NCBI GenBank assembly: GCA_000708835.1
Contig: DF237676.1
Span: forward strand, 1-39,989
Origin: Klebsormidium nitens
Taxonomy: Eukaryota; Plantae; Klebsormidiophyceae
DNA: 39,989 bases
Reading direction: 5' to 3'
Shown here: piece by piece, positions 1 through 14,650 of the stretch
Layout of the letters: each line of letters opens with the position of its first letter
Position numbering within the stretch: the first letter of the stretch is position 1
Notes under the pieces: model-generated
What the model was told of the DNA's origin: nothing
Database searches by the model: none
What the model saw: only the letters and a program-made list of their open reading frames with translations
Made by a program: the position numbers and the translations under genes

Positions 1-66
1 CGAGGAGTCAAAGGTCGAGTAGGCCATGCATAGTCTGTGCCGGCAGGGATAGACGGGTAGCATTAG

Positions 67-667
67 GCCACGTGGCCGTTCCCGATGCCAGCCGGCAGAG
101 GAGACGATACTGCACGGCACCCTGAGCTCATGTTGATTGTCAAGAGCACCCCAGTCGGCCGCCCTCTCCCGAATGTCCAACGTGACGTCAAGGATGTCAT
201 GATGGAGGCTGGCATTGCGAGTGCCGTCCTTGAAGTGCTCAAGCAGCACTGCCGGCCGATGTCGCGCGTTGGTTTGCCGCTCAAAACGTGGGCCATGTGT
301 TTCTCCGACGTGGGAAGCCTCTGCGCTGGGGAGCGTTTTCTTGGAGACTATGCGGAGAAGCTAGCTCGTCTTGGACTCGTTGTCGAGAGGTTGAGCTTAG
401 CGCAGTCGAGAGGCGGGGGGAGCGGTTAAGTTCGCCGCTGAAGCGAACACATTTGGGGCGGGGGTTGGAACCTCCGCAACTCGGGCGGTCCAGGCGGCTA
501 CTGCCGCCACGGGGCATGCGGCGCTAGATGGGGGGCGCGCAGCCGCGGCACTTGCCTTGGCGTCCGCAGCGCCTGCTCCCGTTATGCAGGCCGCGCTCCA
601 GCTGCTGCTCCAGAACTTGCCGCAGGCGAACAAGGCGGGGAGAAGAAGGGAGATTAGCTTGCCGTAG
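67..667 (+). pseudogene. 3' part of an unidentified, apparently frameshifted coding region
   Basis: Frame 1 is open 67-429. Frame 2 is open 401-667 (VKFAAEANTFGAGVGTSATRAVQAATAA...VMQAALQLLLQNLPQANKAGRRREISLP*). The two overlap at a G6 run (415-420). No family is recognised. Confidence 0.3.
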
Positions 668-1649
668 AACCTAGCATTTAATTGGAGACACTTTTGATAA
701 ACCCGTTGCCTCCGATTGGTGTTGCTATGTGACTTTTATACCCGGTAGTTACGCCATGCTGAGGTAGCATGTCATGTTAGCCATGTTGCTTTGTTGTTAG
801 TATTAAACTGCTTGGTAACTAGTATAGAAGCATTTATTGTTGATTATTGCTCATCTTGTTTTGATGAAGCCCGAACTCCGAAATTGCTTGTTTCTGCGCC
901 ATGGGTCCAGGTGCCTAAGCGTGTATAAAACGAAGTGACCATGGTACCCTAATCATGTTCTGCAACTTGAAGTTTTGCAATGGCGCAAGCATACGAGTAG
1001 CTACTATATTGCACGCAGAATCTGGCTTTCCGCATCGTTTTCAATCGCGGTTTCGATTCGATGATTCTTGAAACCCTGTTTCCAGCCTATTAAAAGAATT
1101 GAACCGCCGAAATCGGTGACGAAATGCAGTTGTTTTCACCAACTATAAGGCTAGGCTATTTCCGGGTAGCAGAATCGTGCGCCCTCGGACCATATTTTGT
1201 GATTTGGGTGACCGTTGGCAAGATTGCCGACCCGGCCGGTTTGACCAATTTGCCCGATTATCGGAAGTGCGGGTGGTGGTTCAATATGTCCATGCGCATA
1301 CTAGGTATCAGACTACCGGTACGTAGGTATGCAGGCTGCTCGGGCCCGGGGCTGCTCAGGCTTGTCTACAACTTCTCCACAATTTTCGGCGCTTTATTAG
1401 TTCAAGCAGGCCAATGGGTAAATATTTGGGGCCCTGTATAGCGTTACTGCGATCAGATAAGGAGTTTAAAGCTTTTTATTCTTTAATTTTACAGGACAGG
1501 TATGCAGTTGGTGCATTCTCGCATCTAGCTTTGGAGAAGAGCTAGCATGTTATGGGACAATCGCCGACTTAGCCGAGCACGGCTCCGAAACAATGTCCAT
1601 AAAATAATAATAACAACTCGGATGAGTCACTCTTCAAAAAGCGACTCTA

Positions 1650-3961
1650 CAGTGACATGCAGTTTCAATGCAGCAATCTGGCCGATTGCAAAGCTGCATT
1701 TGATCCTCTATCCGGCTCGAGAACCCTTGAGAAAGACAAAACACAGCTTGGGGTCACTGGGCCAGAAATCAAGACTTCCTTGCATTTGGACTGTCAGAAA
1801 GACTTTATTCCGAGGATCTCTGCTGAAGACATTCCTAAACGTTCTGGCCGCGCTGGCCAAGCTCTCAGAGACTCTTTGCAGGTGGATGACTCGTGAGTGT
1901 CGATACCTCTCTGGTGTTCTCCTCCCCGAGCTGTATAATGTATGCTATATCCTCCGGGCACCAAGATCCTGATTATTGAAGGAGCACCCCAGATCAGAAG
2001 CTCCTGCGAAAGGGAAAATCGTTTGAAGATGCATCGTCTCAATTACTCCAATTGCAGGCATGGTTCATGCTCTTCATCCTGCTTCACTAAGCGTAAAGTT
2101 TTTCGGGTTTTGTTCCGTTTAATTTGTCTTGGCCGAGCCCCATCATGAGATAAGTCATACATTGAATAAAATCTGCATAGTTGAACCAAAGGCGTGTGCC
2201 AGATAGAATCAACGCAAATGCATATATGCCAATACACTGGTTGCAATCAACAAATGCATTTGTTTGTTATCACTACCTAGCATGCTCCAAACGAGGAAGA
2301 GTACGCAATAAAGAAAGGCTGTCAGCTTCCTTAATTGTCAACTCAACCTCCTCCCTATCGTCCCTGCTTTGTTGCATGCAAAACTTCTCCAGTATTCATT
2401 TTGAAAACATGCCGGAAGGCAAAACATATCATCTGGAACCGTCGTTTCGAGAAGAATCACGTGTTAGCACGAAGGCTGGATTTCTTTACACTCGAGTTCA
2501 GCTTATGCTGCTCTCTAGTCTTTGTGTCTACTTGGATAGTTCTTCATGTGCGTATAGGCTCCCCCGGCCCTCAATCTACTCCGGTCACTACCTTCAAGTG
2601 CAAGTCTTATATAGATCAGCCTTGGGACTTTCGCTCATTGATTTGGAAGAAGAAAAGCGTCATTATTGAGCTTGGCACCATTGTTTTGGTTCTCCATTTG
2701 TTTCATCTATTTCCCGAAGTTCAAAGATAGGCAAGCCAGTTGTGGAATCACAATTGTTCCACTTGCGATCCTCATCAGAACAATCCTGATCCAACTCCCT
2801 ACGCCACTTTTTGAAAGATCGAGGACCATCCAATGAAGGATACTTCATGATCTGAGCATTGCGGACGTACACCGAGTCAACCATCCTGTGCAGAAAGCGC
2901 CACGAAGTAAGAGCAGGCTCCTGTAGAATCAATTTTGTGAGGTGGATAGACTCGGGGCTGGCACTTTTCGGTCCCACTCAGAATTTCAATGGTTTCAGGT
3001 GTACGATGCTCCCCCATCGTCTCAATGATTATCAAGTGCGTGGTACACAGGCAGTCATGGTAGCTGTATCAGGACTGTCCAAAAAACAACTTCAAGCATC
3101 CAGCTCCCATTATACGGGGTCCATCCGACTTTCTAGTAAGCACAAAGTACATGTATACGAGTCAGTTGAACAAGGAGGACCGAGCTTACCGGCCCGCGTG
3201 TCGGAAGAAGTGGTTGCGATAAAGAAGTTCTGCAACTTTGGAATACCTGAAAAGGTGCTTGACTTATGGGTAGAAATGTTATGACAAGGTATTACTGTTT
3301 ACTCCGTAAAGCCATCAAGGAGCAATAGGTATCTGGGCAAAATATAGTGCTTGAGATTCGCATATTCTCTGCATTCTTCATTTTGCTTCTGGATCAATGG
3401 TTCATCAGACTTGAGAAGGAATGAGCAGCTCCATATGGAAAAACCCGGCTCACTGTGCTCGAAGGAAAATGTAGTCAATGAATCGATCATGTCTGGCCGT
3501 CTCCACAACCCATGCTTGCACGTTCCACTCATCAAATGGAAAACACCTGCAACACAAGAAACGAGGTGAGTGCCCTCTAGCGATGGACTTTGCTCCGAAG
3601 AAGAAAAGCAAAGTTCGTTTTGCAGTCAAGCTTTGTGAATCTTTGCAATGTAGATGGGTTCTTTGTTGCACTAGTACTGGCCAAAACTTGAAGGTCTCGT
3701 CTGCATTGAAATGTCCGAGCTCTAAAAATTTGATGGCAACTCCAGGAAGATTGCATGAACACTCAGCACCAACGACCAGGTCCGAAAAATGCGTATTGAC
3801 AGAAGAGGATCAGAAAGTATCAAATCCAGCTGATGCATGAAAGGCCAGTGGCTACAACTCAACAGCCACCTGGACAATCGAGACTCGTCTGCGGTCTTCT
3901 TGTCTTTGAAATTGTATGATACTCTGCCGAAGGTTTTGCAGTAAGCAGTTGAAGGAGGCAA
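1650..3961 (-). pseudogene. Degenerate coding-like relic (possible transposon or viral remnant)
   Basis: A chain of protein-like minus-strand fragments (3722-3961, 3299-3535, 2663-2977, e.g. YPSLDGPRSFKKWRRELDQDCSDEDRKWNNCDSTTGLPIFELREIDE) is separated by stops and frame changes. No intact ORF or domain was identified. Confidence 0.35.
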
Positions 3962-4229
3962 ACTTCCTATGTTACTTCAACTGAAAACATATGCAGAGCC
4001 ACCATGATCAGGTTGTCAACTAGAGCGAGCTGATGCACCAAGCGGCAGTGGTGGCACCTGGAAGAGAAGCGCTCCTCATGATGCGTAAATCTCTCACAGC
4101 ACCAAGCCAAGAAACAGGCTTGGAATCATGATAGGTACGGAGCTACTCATGGGTCAAAAGTCCCCATTCTGCAAAATGAAATGTGAAGAGAGATGATTGG
4201 TATTACTGTGAATTGATGGTTTTCATGCC

Positions 4230-4973
4230 TCACCTCACTGCATGAAGCTCAGCCCCCTCGACATCCAATGAGATAAAGTCTATCCTTGAGACGCCGTGCT
4301 CTCTCAGAACGGCGTCTAGTTGCCTGCACCTCACGGTGATTGTCTCTGAGCTGTTTGCTCCGAGTTGCACCATGTGTGCATCCTGATCTGAAGCACCAAC
4401 AACAAAGCCAACGTCTACATTGTCCTTTACATGCACGCAATGAGGAACAAGCGTACAAGAGCGATTTGTAAACAGCAGAGCCTTATCTGGATTTGGCTCC
4501 CAGCACAAACCCCCCCACCCCAAGCACTTGTCGAAGAAAAGCGTGTTTGAATGGGCGAACGCATCATTCGCACCAATGTCGATGTAGAATCCTTCACCAA
4601 AAGGAATGTGCAAGAAAAAATTATGGTACAGGAACCAGTCTTGATAGATTTGCGAGAAGGACTTTGGCTTTCCTGTAAAAATGCTTCTACAGTGCTCCTG
4701 AAACTCTGGGTCCACTTTCAACAGTATAGCCTCAATCTCCTTCAGTAATGGCCCGCTCTTCAATTGTGGTCGTACACGGGGGTCAGTGCTGAAAGAATAC
4801 CCCAAGAATCTGTCCTGTGCCGTTGAGTCAGTGTCAACACCAGCCACTGTCGAAATGTGGTGGTCCCTCCAATGAAGCTGAAGAGCAGCGGAGTAGATGA
4901 AAATGATTAGAATGCCAATAGAGGCCCCCAGCAGCTGCCTGCGACCTACTCTAATCTCCATCTCGCAAGTCAT
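4230..4973 (-). CDS. FkbM-family (Methyltransf_21) SAM-dependent methyltransferase with N-terminal membrane anchor; 3' end unresolved
   Basis: Motifs FSQIYQDWFLY, FYIDIGANDAFAHSNTLFFDKCLGWGGLCWEPNP and IDFISLDVEGAE, plus a hydrophobic segment LLGASIGILIIFIYSAAL. ATG at 4973 or 4961. The ORF stops just after DVEGAE, at a tandem GTGAG donor-like site. Confidence 0.85.
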   Translation of the reverse strand: MTCEMEIRVGRRQLLGASIGILIIFIYSAALQLHWRDHHISTVAGVDTDSTAQDRFLGYSFSTDPRVRPQLKSGPLLKEIEAILLKVDPEFQEHCRSIFTGKPKSFSQIYQDWFLYHNFFLHIPFGEGFYIDIGANDAFAHSNTLFFDKCLGWGGLCWEPNPDKALLFTNRSCTLVPHCVHVKDNVDVGFVVGASDQDAHMVQLGANSSETITVRCRQLDAVLREHGVSRIDFISLDVEGAELHAVR

Positions 4974-5356
4974 GGATTGACCGTTTGGAAAGCAGGCTTG
5001 TTTGTCCGCGCACCATTGCTTCGACGCGGGCCCCGGGCTTCGCCGAGGGGTCTTCGTAGTAGGTATTAGGTATCGGAGGGCTGACTCGAGCTACAGCTCT
5101 AGCAAATTTCCTCGGGGTCAGGTGGGTGCGGCACTGCCACCATGCACTGCACACATTCAACCACCATATCTCAGTATCTGACGACGTTTGCTGGTATTAT
5201 TGAAGGGGCGTTCAATCTCAGGGTGCACCTGAGAAAGCCAAACGGGTGGAATAGCGACAGTTCTTCTTTGGTTCAGCATACCGCAACTTAGGTCTTTGAT
5301 TGCGGGGTGGTGCAAAATTGTGAAGACTATCGCCTCAGGGTCGCCGCGTCGCCAGC

Positions 5357-7175
5357 ATGTCCTCCAAGAAGTCAGATGATGCAAAAGGAAAGAGGAAGGT
5401 AGAAGAAGAGGAGGAAGAGGAGGAGGACGACGACGATGAGGGGGAGGAAGTCCTAGAAGGGGGTGAGGAGGAGGAAGGAGACGAGGACGAGGACGAAGAC
5501 GACGAGGTATTCTTTTGGTCATGGCCTGAGGAACATACTTCCTAGATCAGCTTTGCTTTTTGTTGACTTGTTTGCTGCTTTTCTGGTCTGCGCTCGCTTT
5601 GATTGCTAAGTACACTGTGCCATGTGTGTGCGATGGTCTGGGGCTGTCGGATAAGTGCGCAAGTGAACGCTGCGGACCAGGCCTTTCGATGTCAATGTAG
5701 CTCAGTGTACAATGTGATCTTGCAATCTTGAATCTGGCTGATGCACCTCGAGGCAGTTAGCAATGCTGCAAAAGCATGGGCAGAATTTCAAAGCTTGCAG
5801 CCAGCTTGAGGTGGGCAACGTGTCTGCTTGAGTACCCTTAAGCTCTGCCGCATAGCCCCCTTTGAAATTCATGCATGATTGATGATCTGCAAAACTGTGG
5901 TCTCCAACAATAATGTATCAAACACGTTCAGGTTCCGGAAGTGCTCATTATGTTCCAGTTTCCAGCAAAGATGTGTTTGTTGTGACTATCTGGGTCCATG
6001 CATACATGGCTTACTTGTCCTTCTGCTGACAGTCTGGGTGTCCTTGGGTCCAAAAGGCTCCAAAGTCTCGTCGTTTGAAAGAAAATTGCAACTGTTTGAA
6101 TGCTTGTTTTACCCCCAAGCTTTGCTTCAAGCTCTTCAATTCTTACAAAGATCTCATGATGGCATGCATCAGATAGACTGGCAGTTGTCGAGTGGGCTCG
6201 TACATGGTCTGTTTGGTTCTGATGTCTTTTGGGTATGTTGAGGTGCCTGTGCCTTCTTTTGGCCACTCCATACACATGAGCCTCAGCGTTGAATCGCCTG
6301 GGGTCCTATGCGTTCACAGGAAGAAGAGGAAGAAGCACCCAGGAAGGGTGGGGGGTCTGGAAGCGGGTCTTCTCATCGCCCATCCAAAAAGAGCAAATCT
6401 TCAGAAGAGAACGAAGAGGAGGAGGTGGAGGAAGTTGCGGGACTGTCAGGCAAGTGGGACGGCTTTGTTAGTTCTGAGTTCATGATTCGGATTGCCCATT
6501 GAATCGCTCCAACAACAGTCACTTCACTCCCAGCTTTCATCAGTGCCAGGTCAAGTGCATTCAAAGGCAATTGATCTGCATCAGTCGAGTTTGCATCCTT
6601 GGAACGTGAGGAGCTTTTGGTACCGCCTTCCGCTTATGTAAGAGTAACCCTCTGACGAGTCGCTAAAAGGCTTTGCAATTGACCAAAAAGTGCGGTGAAC
6701 AGTTTGTCATTGGACCGGAGCTCGAGGGTAGTGCACCCCATATCGCCCATGAGAGCGTCTGTCCTTCATCCGAACAAGTTTGACAGAGTGTGGGATGCAA
6801 GAATCAACCTTCCTGTTCAGAAAGCTGTCATAAACGGTAGTGATGGCAGAGTCCTGGTTTTGCACATTTACCAAGCCCAAAGAGATTTGGAACTGATGTT
6901 AGACTGCCATTAGAGATTCAGAGCTTTTGTCAAAAAGGTAAACCGATACCGCAGACAAAGATTTAGAGGTAGTTGGTGACCAGGTAGTTCGCTTTGTATA
7001 CCTTGTTTCAGCTTATCTTAAGGTTGTCTGAACCTGAGCTGTTTTGCACGTTCCATCAGGTGATGAAGTGGACCCGAACCTGATCCTGCCCCATAGAACA
7101 AGGAGAGTGGGGGAGAAAGCGCCCCCCCAATACAGCTACGATGCAGGGGACGACGATGACAGCGACGATGATTAG
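5357..7175 (+). CDS. Small acidic CHZ-motif (Chz1/HIRIP3-like) histone chaperone, ~131 aa
   Basis: Exons 5357-5506 (donor GAG|gtattc, phase 0), 6320-6449 (cag acceptor; donor AG|gcaagt, phase 1) and 7060-7175 (catcag acceptor; TAG). The join gives a D/E-rich N-terminus then LSGDEVDPNLILPHRTRRVGEKAPPQYSYDAGDDDDSDDD*, resembling the CHZ motif (EID.SNII..RRTRG....Y). Confidence 0.7.
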
Positions 7176-8379
7176 TTGAGAGCTTTTTGTAGCTTGCCTT
7201 TTTCGTGGGCCAGGTGATGGCATCTCGACATCGTCCCCACATTTTCACATGGCCAATTCAGAAGCTGGAGGAATCGTACTTGCCAAGTAACGACCTGGTA
7301 CTACTGCATGAGGCTGGATTTCCGCGCACTGAGAAGGGGGTGAGAAACCCTTTTTTGGCAAATGGTTGGAGGAACTTAGCCATCCAAATGCTCTTTCGTG
7401 GAAAAACTCCCACACCCATAGTCCGTACTCAATATCAACATTCGAATACACCTATATGCTGTGCAAGGTGTGGGGGGCCAAGTACCGTGATAAAATGACT
7501 CATTTTCGCAAGGAGCAATGCTAAACACCGCTTGGATTGTGGTACACGACTCGATCTGTGACAATTCCAAGGCACAAGTTATATTATACAGATTAATCAT
7601 GCCGGCTCACACAAAATATTGCGCATGCATGTCGCATTCTGACACCTGAATTCGTAAACATTAAGTCATGCATGCCAGATGATGATCCTACATATATAGC
7701 CTCTATATATGCAGGCACATACGGGTATACCCCACGTACTACGGGAATGTTCACAAGCATGCCGGCTCACCGGGTCAAGTTTGCAATTCTACGCGACTTT
7801 TCATTAGCATGCAATAGTTGTATTACTTGATGGAGCCTGCCGGGGAGAATAAGGCGCCCTTGTAAGTGCTAGACATGGTCGAGATCCGACCAGTGAGCAT
7901 TGCCGCAAGCAGCTTTCAGTAATGGACCACGTGCAGTGTGTACCGTCACAAAGGCTCTTCATTGCAGCTATGTGTTGTATAGTCATCAAATGCATCCCAG
8001 TCAAACTGAAGCTCGCCTGATTTGGGGACCACATAAGGCCAGATACACCCTTTAGCAGTGTAGGACGAAGGAAACAGGGTTTGCCATAAGCTCATCCACC
8101 TGTGTGTCGACAGTGACTGTGTTGAATGCGTAAACTACAACAAGTTCAATCTATGCTTGCCTGCCAGACTGATGGGCAACACCAGCTGTGTCCCTATATG
8201 CCAGCTGTTCTGCATTTGCACAACAGCTTGGCGCGTGTGGCAGCGCTCTCTTCAGGCCATGTCGCAGTCTAACCGCGACTCAACTAACTCATACACGATG
8301 CTTATTTGTCGCCGGAGGTGCAAGTCCACAAGCATACCGCAGCGATTTAATCAACAAGTTCCAAAGACTGGCGCAGTGC

Positions 8380-13292
<4,913 letters not shown>

Positions 13293-13303
13293 TGTCCCTC
13301 AAG

Positions 13304-13665
13304 CTGCAGAAAAGCCCGCTCTGAAAGAATCTATACCAAGAAACCAAACAACAGCGGATGGACTTTCTGAAAATTTCCAATGCGCCTGTCCCTCAAGAAT
13401 CCTTCAGGCTCAGCTAACTTCCAAGCTTTGCTGATGTCAATGCTTTGACGTGCATATGCATTTCCTGCAAACGTGACCGTGACGATCAGTTTTCCTAGCT
13501 CCGAAGTGGGTCCACCAACTGAAGAATTGCGAATTCTCGACGTTCGCAGTTAGTCGAGAATTACGGTTCTCTGCTAACGAGAACCTAACCCTGTTTCGCC
13601 GCTTTTAAAGCCGCGTCATCGCGACATCATCTTTTTCAATCTGTCGCTCAGCAAGCGCAACTTAC
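13304..13665 (-). promoter_or_regulatory. Putative 5'-UTR intron of KARI
   Basis: An acceptor ttttctgcag lies 11 nt upstream of the ATG. A consensus donor gtaagt sits at 13665 on the minus strand. Confidence 0.5.
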
Positions 13666-13841
13666 ACCCGGGTCAATAAGTTTTGTACCTGAGGTTTTTC
13701 ACGATTGCAAGTAGGATACCTTTTGGAGTGGCGGTTTATAAAATTTAAAAATTCTTAGGCTTCAATTATCCTATTAGTGTGCCCGGCTGAAGTAAGATAT
13801 CTGAAAAGTTGCGAAATTGCTGCCTGAGCTGTCCGTCCTGG

Positions 13842-14026
13842 CCATCCAGCGGGATCTGTAGATGGACTCTGTACTTGATGGACAGCAAGCTGTCTATGTA
13901 GACCGCAATTTGCGGGCGCGAATTCACCATATCGGGATTTTTGAGAACTCGGGGACTGCTGTCCGAGCCGTCCATGCCGTCCATCCAGCGGAATTTGTAG
14001 GCGAACTCTGCACTTGATGGACAGCA
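13842..14026. repeat. 46-bp imperfect direct repeat pair
   Basis: 13842-13887 and 13981-14026 match at 40/46 positions; all six differences are transitions. Confidence 0.85.
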
Positions 14027-14650
14027 CTGCCGTCCAGAAGCGCGCGTTTTGAGGAGCGGATGGGGGGACACAAGCATTCACAGATTCAGCAAGTAGGAAA
14101 TGTTCCAGCTGGTTTCTTCGTTGGCACATATCCTGAGCGGGTAGCGGCTTCCATGTGCGTGATGCCTCCTGCTGTAGACTGACAGAGCTAAAAGTGGGCG
14201 GGCTTTAGAGGAGTTGCAGGGCAGATTGGTGTGGCTTAGGGTTTCCAGCTTAGTTGGCAAACAATCTGGGCAGGAACTGGCATTCTGGACGCTGTGGTGG
14301 CGCACTCTAAAGCGTTCCTGAGAATGCTGTGGACCAGGTAAGTAGCTACCTGGTTGCGTCTACATGCACTCGTAGTGTAGAACAATGTGTCAGGCAGAGG
14401 TTGGCCCAGCCGCTTCTGGACCAGCTTGAAGAATGCAACTGAGCAACTCAGTCTGAAGGAGGTGGACGTGGTTTTAGGGGTTGTTGCGCTGATTTCTCAT
14501 GAGTGCGCACTGATGGGAGTTGCATACGCAGTAAAGGTGCAAACATGTCAGAACTGCGCATCCAGATGTTTGTTGAGACAAACTAGTATTCAATCCTTTA
14601 TGACTCTGGTCTTGTAGGGGCAGGAAAGCTGGTCCTTGAACCGTCTCGTC

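Noticed and set aside
2545-2580. EGRGSL (start of T2A) in the minus-strand relic
   Set aside because: Not followed by any ExNPGP core; treated as coincidence.
2859-3284. Protein kinase suggested by VVAIKK on the + strand
   Set aside because: No Gly-rich loop, HRD or DFG motifs nearby, and the opposite strand looks more coding-like.
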